In this document: piece by piece, positions 37,669 through 46,460 of the stretch
Layout: each line of letters starts with the position of its first letter
How positions within the stretch are numbered: position 1 is the first letter of the stretch
Source: Thermoanaerobaculia bacterium
GTDB taxonomy: Bacteria; Acidobacteriota; Thermoanaerobaculia; Multivoradales; Multivoraceae
NCBI GenBank assembly: GCA_963664405.1
Contig: OY761158.1
Location: forward strand, 1,568,001-1,632,000
DNA length: 64,000 nucleotides
Direction of reading: 5' to 3'
Notes under the pieces: model-generated
Database searches by the model: none
What the model was told of the DNA's origin: nothing
What the model saw: the letters and a program-made list of their open reading frames with translations, nothing else
Position numbers and translations under genes: made by a program

Positions 37669-38048
37669 TCGTCCTCGACACCTCGGTGTTGATCGACGCT
37701 CTGACCGGCCCCTGCCGGGCGACTCCCTATCTACGGGCTGCCTTCGCCGCCGGCGAGCGCATTGTCCTCCCCTCTCTCGTTCTCTACGAATGGCTGCGCG
37801 GGCCACGCCATGCCGAAGAGCTCGAGGCGCAGGAAGAGCTCTTCCCTCGCAGCGAGGGTCTCGCGTTCGGAAGCGAAGAAGCTGCGCTGGCTGCCGAGCT
37901 CTATTCAACCGTCAAACGCCCACGCGGTCGTGAGATCGATTTGGCGATCGCCGCCACGACGATTCGCAACGTCGCGCAACTGTGGACCGCCAACCTGGCG
38001 GACTTTCGCGACATTCCCGGACTCGATCTCTACACGCCTACCCACTGA
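37665..38048 (+). CDS. vapC: VapC/PIN-domain toxin
   Basis: IVLDTSVLID, LYEW..G, IDLAIAA, LWT.N..DF..IPGL. Confidence 0.9.
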   Translation: MIVLDTSVLIDALTGPCRATPYLRAAFAAGERIVLPSLVLYEWLRGPRHAEELEAQEELFPRSEGLAFGSEEAALAAELYSTVKRPRGREIDLAIAATTIRNVAQLWTANLADFRDIPGLDLYTPTH

Positions 38049-38092
38049 CCGCCTATCGCGCTTCGGGGAGAAAAGCGCCACGCGCGCGGCCG

Positions 38093-39499
38093 CTAGCGCT
38101 CTCGGAGTGAGTACAGTCGAGTCTTGGTCCGCATCAGAAGGCGATCACCCACCAAAGCCGGCGAGGCCAGCACCATCTCGTCGAGCGGGTTGGCATGCAG
38201 CTGCTCCATCTCGTCTCCGGTGCCGAAGACGAAGGTCGTACCTTCCTCGTCGGTCGCGAAGATCCTGCCGCGGTAGGCCCACGGTGAGGCGGTAAAGGCT
38301 CGAGCCGAGTCTTGGATGCGCGCTTTGAAGACCTGCTCTCCGGTAGTAGCGTCATAGCGGGCGAAGAAACCCCGATCGTAGACCACCCATAATGAGCCCC
38401 GATAGGCCACCGGAGTCGGAAGATAGGTACCGGCAGCGGGGTCGTACCAACGAACCGACTCACTACTGCGCGCACCCTCGGGCAGCGTCAGATCGCCGGA
38501 AGCGCCGGACTCGATCGAAGTGATCGGCCGGAAGCTGTCACCATGAACCCCCGAGGTCACGAAGAGCTTCCCTTGGTAGGCAAATGGGGTCGGCACCGGA
38601 AACCGCGACTGATTGGACATTCGCCACAGCTCTCGGCCGCTGGTGTCGTAGCTCAAGACCGTGCTCGGACCCAAGGCGATGATCTCGGTACGGTCCGCGG
38701 TCCGCCAAACGAAGGGCGTGGTCCACCCGGTCTTGCTTCCCTGGGCACCCGGCATGGTGTCGCGGGCGGTCCGCCACCGCTCACGGCCATCCGCTTTAGC
38801 GAACGCCGCGATGAACTGATGCTCCTGATTGTCATTGACGATCACGACCTCGTCGTCGGTGAGCGCCGGCGAGCCTCCGGTGCCGAAGTCGAGAAAGATC
38901 TGAAAAGAGTCGAGCTCTCTGTGCCAACGCAGCTCGCCGGCGAGAGAGACGGCCCACAGACCCAGATTGGCGACGTAGACGAAGATCGTCTCACCGTCGG
39001 TGACCGGTGTTTCCGAGGCGAACGAGTTCTTGGCGTGGCGACCGCCCGGGGGCGGGCCGCGAAAGAGCGTGTGGCGCCAGAGCTCTTGACCGCCTTCGAG
39101 GGCATAGGCGATCAGAAGGTACTCGAGCTCGACCTCCCGGGGAAACTCGATGTAGCGCTCGTTGTGCTTCTCGATGACCTCGGCGCCCGGTAGGCCCTGC
39201 TCTCTCAGCTCGGCGATGTAGTCGTTGCTGAAGTCGGTGCCCATCTCGGGCGGCTTAGCCGCGGTCGACCCGGTGGCCGTAGTCACCCATACCCTGCCAT
39301 CGGCAACAATAGGCGAAGACCAGCCCGCGCCGGGAACCTCGACGACCCATTCCACGTTCTCCGTCGTGGACCAGTGCAGTGGGAGCCGCTCGTTGTCGGA
39401 TACCGGAACCCCTCCGGGACCCCGGAAGCCGGGCCAGGGTGGCTCGGAAGCCGCGGCCACCAGCGGCAGCGCCAAGAAGAGAGCCGGCGTGGCTCTCAT
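38093..39499 (-). CDS. PQQ-like beta-propeller repeat protein (BamB-like)
   Basis: WPGFRGP, W..EVPGAGWSSPIV, ASETPVTDG, ASPAL...LLMRT..RLY. Confidence 0.85.
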   Translation of the reverse strand: MRATPALFLALPLVAAASEPPWPGFRGPGGVPVSDNERLPLHWSTTENVEWVVEVPGAGWSSPIVADGRVWVTTATGSTAAKPPEMGTDFSNDYIAELREQGLPGAEVIEKHNERYIEFPREVELEYLLIAYALEGGQELWRHTLFRGPPPGGRHAKNSFASETPVTDGETIFVYVANLGLWAVSLAGELRWHRELDSFQIFLDFGTGGSPALTDDEVVIVNDNQEHQFIAAFAKADGRERWRTARDTMPGAQGSKTGWTTPFVWRTADRTEIIALGPSTVLSYDTSGRELWRMSNQSRFPVPTPFAYQGKLFVTSGVHGDSFRPITSIESGASGDLTLPEGARSSESVRWYDPAAGTYLPTPVAYRGSLWVVYDRGFFARYDATTGEQVFKARIQDSARAFTASPWAYRGRIFATDEEGTTFVFGTGDEMEQLHANPLDEMVLASPALVGDRLLMRTKTRLYSLRER

Positions 39500-39507
39500 C
39501 CAGGAGG

Positions 39508-40338
39508 TCACGCGACGTCTCGAAAGAAGACCCGAATCCCTGCCTCGTCGACCCAGGAATTCCCGGCCTTGCCCCGCACGAGGCTCGTGCCCAAGTCGCC
39601 GACGGCCGCCTCCAAGAGCTCCCGACTCCGCCCCACGACATCGAAGGCGGCAACCCCGTCGCCACGACCATTCTCGTCGTCGACGAAGCGAATCACGCCG
39701 CGTTTCTTACCGCGAGCACCCGCGCCAGGAACCGAAGCATCGAGATCGATGTACCACGCGGCCCGATCATCCGGCGTCTGCCCCTCGGCCGCCGGCGCAC
39801 CCAGAAGCTCACTCCAGCGCGCAGCCATTGCCGCCCGGTCGGACGACTGCAGCTCCACCCCACAGATCTGAGACAAGAACGAAGAGTCGTGGTCCTGCCA
39901 TCCCGGCCCCGCCCAGGTCCACGCGTCCGTCGGCCGCGCCTCGTCGACCGAAAGGATGGCGCCGCCACAATCCCGCGGATGGACATGAAGCCCTTCCGTC
40001 GTCTCACCCGAGCTTCCCGCGCCCTTGGCGTTCCAGACGATCCGCGCACCGACTTTTTCGATCCGCGATCTTGCAGCGTCCAGGTCAGGGACCTGCAGAA
40101 TCACCATGTAGCCGCCGTCGCCGCCACGTCGTTCGAGATAGCGCCCAGCTGTCGTGTTCTCCTGCACCGGAGAAACCACCTCGAGAAAAGTATCGCCGAT
40201 CGCCGCGACCCAATTGTCGAGCCCGAACTTGATGATGCCGGGATCGTGGTACCCGTAATCGATGCCGAGCAACTTGGCGAGGCGCCCGGTGGTGGCCTCG
40301 AGGTCTTCGGCAACAAGAGCTACCTGCCGTAATCGCAT
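39508..40338 (-). CDS. VOC/glyoxalase-like protein
   Basis: MRLRQVALVA.DL, FGLDN...IGDTFLEVVSP, AGRYLERRGGDGGYMVILQ, HPRDCGGAILS. Confidence 0.8.
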   Translation of the reverse strand: MRLRQVALVAEDLEATTGRLAKLLGIDYGYHDPGIIKFGLDNWVAAIGDTFLEVVSPVQENTTAGRYLERRGGDGGYMVILQVPDLDAARSRIEKVGARIVWNAKGAGSSGETTEGLHVHPRDCGGAILSVDEARPTDAWTWAGPGWQDHDSSFLSQICGVELQSSDRAAMAARWSELLGAPAAEGQTPDDRAAWYIDLDASVPGAGARGKKRGVIRFVDDENGRGDGVAAFDVVGRSRELLEAAVGDLGTSLVRGKAGNSWVDEAGIRVFFRDVA

Positions 40339-40479
40339 CCTGTTCTCCTAGTCGAGACATCGAGAAGCTCCCCGGTGTTCTCGGTGAGCATGTTACAAGC
40401 TGAGCGAGGTGCCTCAAACGCTGGACCTGGGTCGGCACAAGCGAAGAGGGTCTCGACGGCGTCGACGCCGCCGCGCGGA

Positions 40480-40562
40480 GGCAGTCGATCTCCCAGCGCG
40501 TTGCCGTGACAGGCATTGATGTGCTCGAATCGATCGAGATCGAGGCGCAGCAGACTCGACAT
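40480..40562 (-). pseudogene. GGDEF-domain remnant
   Basis: SLLRLDLDRFEHINACHGNALGDRL resembles the DLD.FK.IND..GH..GD.L start of diguanylate cyclase domains; the remainder is absent. Confidence 0.5.
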
Positions 40563-40601
40563 CTCCCCTAGCGAGCCCGCCAGACGACCGGAGTAGAGAC
40601 C

Positions 40602-41732
40602 ATGTCAGACCCCTTTCTCCGCGATCTCCGAGTCGTTGCCCTCGAGCAGGCGGTCGCGGCGCCGCTGTGCAGCCGACGCCTAGCCCAGGCCGGCGCGGAT
40701 GTGATCAAGATCGAGCGTCCGGAAGGCGACTTCGCCCGCTTCTACGACACCGCGGTCCACGGAGAGAGTGCCTATTTCGTATGGCTGAACTACGGCAAGC
40801 GCTCGGTCGTCCTCGACTTCAGAACCGCCCAGGGGCTCGACGACCTTAAGGGGCTGATCCGTACCGCGGACGTCTTCATCCAGAACCTCAAGCCCGGGGC
40901 GCTGGCCCGAGCCGGTGTCGACCTCGAAGCCCTACGGGAAGCCAACCCGCGCCTCATCACCTGCACTGTGGCGGGATATGGAAGCACGGGGCCGAGTGCA
41001 AACAAGAAAGCCTACGATCTCTTGATCCAGGCCGAGACCGGACTCTCCGCCATCACCGGTAGCCCACACGCTCCGGGGCGAGTAGGGGTATCGGTCTGCG
41101 ATATCGCGACGGGGATGTTCGCGTACGAAGCCATCCTCGGTGCCCTGCTCCAGCGCGTCACGACCGAAAGAGGGGAAGCGATCGAGGTCACTCTCTTCGA
41201 CGCGATGGCGGAGTGGATGGCTGTGCCTTATCTACTCGAGCGCTACGGCGGCACGGCACCTCAGCGCGTTGGACTCGCCCATCCGGGTATCGCCCCCTAC
41301 GGAGTGTTCCGCAGCGCCGACGATGTGGCCTTCGTGCTCGCGATTCAAAACGAGAGGGAGTGGAAAAGTCTGTGTGAAGCGGTCTTGAAGGACGCAGACT
41401 TCGCGACCGCCCCGCGATGCTCTTCGAATGAGCTGCGAGTGACGAACCGTGACTTCATCGACAGCACAGTGCAAACCGAGGTTGGAAAGCTGGTCTACGA
41501 GCCGTTGAGCGCGCTGCTGACCACCGCCGATATCGCCCATGCACCGGTGAACGAGGTCGGCGCGCTGAAGCACCATCCGGACTTCGCGACCGACCCCATC
41601 CTCGTCAACGGAGCGAAAGTGGAGCTGCCACACACTCCTGGGCATGCCCCCAACCCGAACCCGCCCTCGGTGCCGAGGCTCGGCGAGCACACCGCCGCCG
41701 TTCTGCGGGAGCTCGCTGAGCTTCTGGCATGA
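40602..41732 (+). CDS. CaiB/BaiF (class III) CoA-transferase
   Basis: GADVIKIERPEGD, WLNYGKRS, ADVFIQNLKPG, KAYDLLIQAETG, PRLGEHT. Confidence 0.9.
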   Translation: MSDPFLRDLRVVALEQAVAAPLCSRRLAQAGADVIKIERPEGDFARFYDTAVHGESAYFVWLNYGKRSVVLDFRTAQGLDDLKGLIRTADVFIQNLKPGALARAGVDLEALREANPRLITCTVAGYGSTGPSANKKAYDLLIQAETGLSAITGSPHAPGRVGVSVCDIATGMFAYEAILGALLQRVTTERGEAIEVTLFDAMAEWMAVPYLLERYGGTAPQRVGLAHPGIAPYGVFRSADDVAFVLAIQNEREWKSLCEAVLKDADFATAPRCSSNELRVTNRDFIDSTVQTEVGKLVYEPLSALLTTADIAHAPVNEVGALKHHPDFATDPILVNGAKVELPHTPGHAPNPNPPSVPRLGEHTAAVLRELAELLA

Positions 41733-41740
41733 GCCGTCTA

Positions 41741-41906
41741 CTAGACCAGCGTTTCCAAAGTTCGTGCTGCATAGCTCGAGCTCATTCTGTTCGCTGGCTA
41801 GGCGCGCCGACGCAGGCATATTGGGCAATATGTCGAGGAGGCGCAACGCCGGCAGCGGGCAGAAGGGGCCGAGATATGTGCGCGAACTTTGGAAACGCTG
41901 GTCTAG
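41741..41906. mobile_element. CTAG-bounded palindromic MITE-like element, copy 2 (166 bp)
   Basis: Same TIR and core as copy 1; the right CTAG provides the stop codon of ORF 41903-42109. Confidence 0.9.
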
Positions 41907-42109
41907 AGCTCGAAGGGCTCACCCCGAGTCGTTCCGCGAGCTCGAAGCGCCTCGTAGGTACCCTGTCCCGCGGCACGAGACGCAGCGAGCACCTGCTCCA
42001 AGGATTCGCTTTGCTGGCGAAGGTCGCGTAGACGGGCCACGTCGACTTCGTCAGTGGGCACATCGCTGTCGAGGTCGAGGGGCTCAGAGGCTACGGTGAA
42101 TCTCTTCAT
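41903..42109 (-). CDS. Small protein coupled to the upstream nucleotidyltransferase
   Basis: 68 aa, overlaps the 3' end of 42084-42614; ends GEPFEL*. Confidence 0.55.
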   Translation of the reverse strand: MKRFTVASEPLDLDSDVPTDEVDVARLRDLRQQSESLEQVLAASRAAGQGTYEALRARGTTRGEPFEL

Positions 42110-42614
42110 AGTCTTTGTCTAGTCCATGCCGGTGGAAGTATTCTCGCACCTCGTCACGATCCACGCTCTCGATACGAAGCAGCACACGAATGTCGGCGAG
42201 ATCCTGCAACCGCCGCGTCCGGTCGTTCCTATAGGCCGTGACCTTCATCGCTATGAGGTGCTCTGGCTTCGGCACCAAGGCTTTGCAGCCCGGAAAGACC
42301 AGACGTTCGCGGGCGTCGGCAAAGAGCTTGGCTTCGGTCTCGCCGCGAACGTAGATCAAGTCTACGCGGCCCCAGGCCGGGTCCGCGTGGAGGTGGTTCG
42401 AATAACCGGAGGAGCGATGCAGTGTCTCGTAGCCGAGAGACTCGAGATAGGCGACCACGGCATCCTGTTGGTCGAAGGGGACGATCAAGTCGAGATCGAA
42501 GGTCGTACGACCGCCCCCGTAGCTGTTCAATCCCCATCCACCGGCGACCGCACACCGGGAGCTCTGATGGTTGAGAAAGCTAGCGACAGCCTCGTGGACG
42601 CGAGTGTATTCCAT
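42084..42614 (-). CDS. Nucleotidyltransferase-fold protein (AbiEii/DUF6036-like)
   Basis: AVAGGWGL..YG..RTT.DLDL, RVDLI, PEHLIAMK..A......R.QDLADI. Confidence 0.8.
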   Translation of the reverse strand: MEYTRVHEAVASFLNHQSSRCAVAGGWGLNSYGGGRTTFDLDLIVPFDQQDAVVAYLESLGYETLHRSSGYSNHLHADPAWGRVDLIYVRGETEAKLFADARERLVFPGCKALVPKPEHLIAMKVTAYRNDRTRRLQDLADIRVLLRIESVDRDEVREYFHRHGLDKDYEEIHRSL

Positions 42615-42695
42615 GGCTCGTGCTTGAACAGTTTACCGGCCTCGACGACCGATCGCCCGTGCGCCACGTGCGACACAAACCTCCACCTGCGGCCC

Positions 42696-43436
42696 TCAGG
42701 AGAACGGCCGCAGCCTGTTCTCATTGAAGGAGGTGAACATCTCGTAGTCCTCGCTGCGAAAGAAGATGCGGCCGTTTGGCCCTCCTGGTGGCAGCTCGAC
42801 GATGAAGCGGGTGTGTGGATAGACCGCTTCTGGCGGCTGCATGCCTTCACTGGTGTTCAGCTGGGTGCGCGTCCCCCCGGGGATCAGACCGTGAACCAGC
42901 ACATCGTCCTGCCCGATCTTGCGCAGCTCGCGGGCCAACGACTTGGTCAGCACCGCGACTCCCGCCTTCGAGGAGCTGTATGCCGACAGCGTGCGCCGTC
43001 CCGCTTCGCCTTCTCTGGAGCAGACGTTGATGATACGGCCATGGCGGCGCTCGAGCATGCCGGGAAGCACGGCGTGGGTGCAGCGCGCCACTCCGCTCAG
43101 ATTGACGTCGATGACCGCCTTCCAGTCGGCGAACGGCCGATCAATGAGATCGCCCTGATTGGCGATACCTGCATTGTTGATCAGGACGTCGATCCTTCCA
43201 CCGATCGCCATAGCGGCGTCGGTCAGCCGCTTCACGTCCGCGTCCGAGGTGACGTCGCCGGTGACACAACGTATCCGGCCACCGCAGATCGCAGTGGTCT
43301 CCGCGAGGCCTGGCTCATCCAAGTCGAAACCGACCACGTCAGCGCCATCCGCAACGAAGCCGGTGCAAAGGGCGCGGCCGATACCACTCCCGGCCCCCGT
43401 AATGACGATCACTTTTCCACTCACACCTTCGCTCAT
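42696..43436 (-). CDS. SDR family oxidoreductase
   Basis: ITGAGSGIG, LINNAG, YSSSK, PGG.RT. Confidence 0.9.
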   Translation of the reverse strand: MSEGVSGKVIVITGAGSGIGRALCTGFVADGADVVGFDLDEPGLAETTAICGGRIRCVTGDVTSDADVKRLTDAAMAIGGRIDVLINNAGIANQGDLIDRPFADWKAVIDVNLSGVARCTHAVLPGMLERRHGRIINVCSREGEAGRRTLSAYSSSKAGVAVLTKSLARELRKIGQDDVLVHGLIPGGTRTQLNTSEGMQPPEAVYPHTRFIVELPPGGPNGRIFFRSEDYEMFTSFNENRLRPFS

Positions 43437-43475
43437 CGATTCCTCCGATAAGAGATCTGAAGCAGGAGACTCGAT

Positions 43476-44846
43476 CTATGACGTCTCCGAGCGCTCTGGC
43501 CCCTCGATCTCGAGACACTGCCGCTCCATCTCGCGACGGAAGAGTACCGCCTCGTCCGACGGAGAGGACTCGACGTCGTCCCAGCGCACAAGGCCCCCCT
43601 CCTCCACCTCTCGGATCAATCTAAGCCCTCGCGCAAGACCGATCGGGAGACAGCCCCGCTCGAGAGACGTTGTCGCCGGCAGCTGACGACCCCAGACGCT
43701 GAAGCCACCCTCACCGTCGAGGATCTCTCCGACTCTGAGAGCCCGCTTGGCGACTGCCACGACATCGGACCGGAAGGCGTCTGCGCACCCGGTCGGCTCC
43801 TGTCGGCAGGCGATCGAGGCAATTGAGATGCCGAGCTCCAGGCCGATGAAGTGGGCCGGCCGCCAGAGCGCGAAGTGCTCCTGCTCGCGATCAGCGGAAA
43901 AGCCGTACTCACCGAGGCAGCGGCGCACATAGTCGTGGTCGGCAGCGACAACGACATAGGTGCCCAGCGTGAGGTCGTCTTCGATCTTGGCGCCGTCCCG
44001 CCGCAACGAGGAGACCACCTCGGTAGTCCCAGACCGACTGAGCTGACCGCCCTTGGCCCGCGGCCGACACACCTCTGCCAGCTCCCGGCACGCCGCGGGC
44101 GGAAAGCCGAGCCCCTCTGCCTGGGGAACGAGGCCGGTGGCGTTGGCCACCGCAGTCATCTCGATCGCCGACTTCGAGCCATCGATGAAGCTGGTGAACA
44201 TCTGCGGGTTCATGCCACCTCTCGCGGCCACCTCGGCAGTGATCCCGAAAGCCTCCCAGACCGTCTCCGGAGTCGAATGATGAAAGCGCGGCAGGTAGCG
44301 GGTGCCTTTGCCGGCGCAGACGACTTCGAAGCCACAGGTACGGGCCCAGTCGACGTGTTCACAGATCAGGGCCGGCTGATCGCCCCAGGCAAGGCTGTAG
44401 ATCACCCCGGCCTCGGCCGCACGCCGGGCAAGAAGAGGGCCGGCCAAAGCGTCGGCCTCCACATTCACCATCACTACATGACGCCCGGCCGTGAACGCGG
44501 CCAGGGCGTGAGCGATGCCGGCCCGCGGGGAGCCCGTCGCCTCGACGAGAATGTCGAGATCCGGGGCCTCGATCAGAGCCTGGGTATCGTCGGTCAGCCA
44601 GGTGCCACCAGTGCGAAGAGCTGATTCGACGTCGGCAGCGCCGACCCGTTCCGTCGCCCAGCCGGTTGCCTCCAGTGCGAGACGAGCGCGCTCGGGCTCG
44701 AGGTCTGCGATCCCTACAATGTGTACCCCTGCCATCTTTCTGGCCTGAGCCAAAAACATCGCCCCGAACTTGCCGGCTCCAACCAGACCCACTCGTACCG
44801 GTTCACCTTTCGCCTCGCGCTCTCGCAGCGACCGGTACAAGCTCAT
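43476..44846 (-). CDS. NAD(P)-dependent oxidoreductase (homoserine-dehydrogenase-like) with C-terminal SAF domain
   Basis: VGLVGAGKFG, VEATG, MVNVEAD, GDQP, FIDGSKSAIEM, AVAKR.L..GE.LDGEGG. Confidence 0.85.
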   Translation of the reverse strand: MSLYRSLREREAKGEPVRVGLVGAGKFGAMFLAQARKMAGVHIVGIADLEPERARLALEATGWATERVGAADVESALRTGGTWLTDDTQALIEAPDLDILVEATGSPRAGIAHALAAFTAGRHVVMVNVEADALAGPLLARRAAEAGVIYSLAWGDQPALICEHVDWARTCGFEVVCAGKGTRYLPRFHHSTPETVWEAFGITAEVAARGGMNPQMFTSFIDGSKSAIEMTAVANATGLVPQAEGLGFPPAACRELAEVCRPRAKGGQLSRSGTTEVVSSLRRDGAKIEDDLTLGTYVVVAADHDYVRRCLGEYGFSADREQEHFALWRPAHFIGLELGISIASIACRQEPTGCADAFRSDVVAVAKRALRVGEILDGEGGFSVWGRQLPATTSLERGCLPIGLARGLRLIREVEEGGLVRWDDVESSPSDEAVLFRREMERQCLEIEGPERSETS

Positions 44847-44968
44847 GCACCGATCATAGCCGGGAGGGATGAAGGGACAAGCCTCGACATCCGCCAGCGT
44901 CAGATATGCTCACCCGACTAGGGCCAATTCATCAGCCTCCCTCTCACCTCTCTTTCAAGGAGTCATCG

Positions 44969-45733
44969 ATGGCGTACGAACGTTCGCTCTCCCTTCTTCC
45001 GGCTGTCGTCCTGCTTGTCGGCGGTGCTCTCGCCGCATCTCCATCTGCGGCCGATGTCTATGAGCTGCGGACATACACGACAAACGAAGGCAAGCTGGAC
45101 GCACTCAATGCCCGTTTCCGTGATCACACGGTGCGGCTGTTCGAGAAGCACGGGATCGAGTCGGTTGGCTACTGGGTTCCGACCGACGAAGAGCGGTCGA
45201 AGAACACCTTGATCTACGTCATCAAGCACAAGAGCCGCGACGCTGCGAAGGCATCTTGGAAGGCGTTTCTCGCCGACCCCGAATGGAAGAAGGCGGCAAA
45301 GGAATCGGGAGTCGGGGCTCTGGCGAACCCGCCGGTGTCGGTCTTCGCGGAGGCTACTGACTTCTCACCAGCATGGAAGAACGAAAAGACAGACGGAGAG
45401 GCCGCTTTCGAGCTGCGGATCTACCGCTGCAACGAAGGAGAGCTGGGCAATCTCGACGCACGGTTTCGAGACCACACCATAGGTATCTTCGATCGTTTCG
45501 GCATGCGCTCAGTCGCCTATTGGCATCCCACCGACGAGCCAGACTCGAAGGACACCCTGATCTACCTTCTGCGCCACGACTCCCGTGAAGCGGGGACTGC
45601 CTCGTGGAAGGCCTTCGGAGCTGACGAGGAATGGAAGAAGGTCGCTGTCGAATCGCAGAAGGACGGCAGGTTTCTTCGCGAGCGCCCAGAGTCGATCTAT
45701 ATGAAGGCAACCGACTACTCGGCGATCCAGTAG
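44969..45733 (+). CDS. NIPSNAP-family protein (two domains, signal peptide)
   Basis: YELRTY...GKLDALNARFRDHT and FELRIY...G.L..LDARFRDHT; SD AAGGAG before ATG 44969. Confidence 0.9.
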   Translation: MAYERSLSLLPAVVLLVGGALAASPSAADVYELRTYTTNEGKLDALNARFRDHTVRLFEKHGIESVGYWVPTDEERSKNTLIYVIKHKSRDAAKASWKAFLADPEWKKAAKESGVGALANPPVSVFAEATDFSPAWKNEKTDGEAAFELRIYRCNEGELGNLDARFRDHTIGIFDRFGMRSVAYWHPTDEPDSKDTLIYLLRHDSREAGTASWKAFGADEEWKKVAVESQKDGRFLRERPESIYMKATDYSAIQ

Positions 45734-45763
45734 ACATGTCGGAGTGGCTCCGACCGGGGCCGA

Positions 45764-46111
45764 CTACAGACCCAGATGGAGGCGAAGGGCGTCTTCCAGG
45801 TCGGACATGAGCGACGGCGGAAGCTGGCCAACTCGTCCGCCCACCCTTTCGATCGCTATCGAGCGTACCTGCTCCGCTTGCGCCTTGGAGTCGCGGGACA
45901 ATCCGCATTCCGCAGCGGGCAGCCTCACCTGGAAGGGATATATCCGGGTCACGTTCGAGGTTACCGGCACCACAGTGATGATGCCGCGACCGAGTCGAGA
46001 GGCCGTGGCGTTGGCGCCATCGTTACTAACGATCACCGCCGGCCGGCTCTTCTTCACCTCGGACCCTCGCGCTGGAGCGAGATCGACAACACGAAGCTCA
46101 CCGCGGAGCAT
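45764..46111 (-). CDS. mazF: MazF/PemK endoribonuclease toxin
   Basis: MLRGE...VDL.PARGSE..K.RPAVIVSND, VVPVTSN, SKAQAEQVRSI. Confidence 0.92.
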   Translation of the reverse strand: MLRGELRVVDLAPARGSEVKKSRPAVIVSNDGANATASRLGRGIITVVPVTSNVTRIYPFQVRLPAAECGLSRDSKAQAEQVRSIAIERVGGRVGQLPPSLMSDLEDALRLHLGL

Positions 46112-46344
46112 CACCGCTCCTCGACCTGCGGATCGAGCCCATCGCCACTCACCGCCTCCCACAGACTCGCATCGCCGGCTTCCCACTCTTCCCATGCCTG
46201 CGCGTAGGCGGGACCGAGCTCGGTTGCACGCAACAGGCGAACCGCCTGTTGAAGGACAGCAGACCGAGAACGGGCCCCTACGTTGCGAGCATAGTCGTCG
46301 AGAAACTCGATGTCCTCCTCGGGTAGACTCACACTCAACTTCAT
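46111..46344 (-). CDS. mazE: RHH antitoxin (MazE-like)
   Basis: MKLSVSL..EDI.FLD.YA......SRSAVLQ.AVR.LR...L..AY..AW.EW; TGATG overlap with mazF. Confidence 0.85.
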   Translation of the reverse strand: MKLSVSLPEEDIEFLDDYARNVGARSRSAVLQQAVRLLRATELGPAYAQAWEEWEAGDASLWEAVSGDGLDPQVEER

Positions 46345-46351
46345 ACCTTTA

Positions 46352-46369
46352 TGCTACCACTAGGTAGCA
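46352..46369. promoter_or_regulatory. mazEF operator palindrome overlapping the -10 box
   Basis: TGCTACC-ACTA-GGTAGCA; minus-strand TAGCAT lies 6 nt before the ATG. Confidence 0.65.
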
Positions 46370-46460
46370 ACAAGATAGCAACACGCCACGGTCCAGCTGT
46401 TCTTCTGACTCCATGGTGTAGGCTCTGCGGCCTATGACTCGAAAAAGGGGAGAGACCGTG

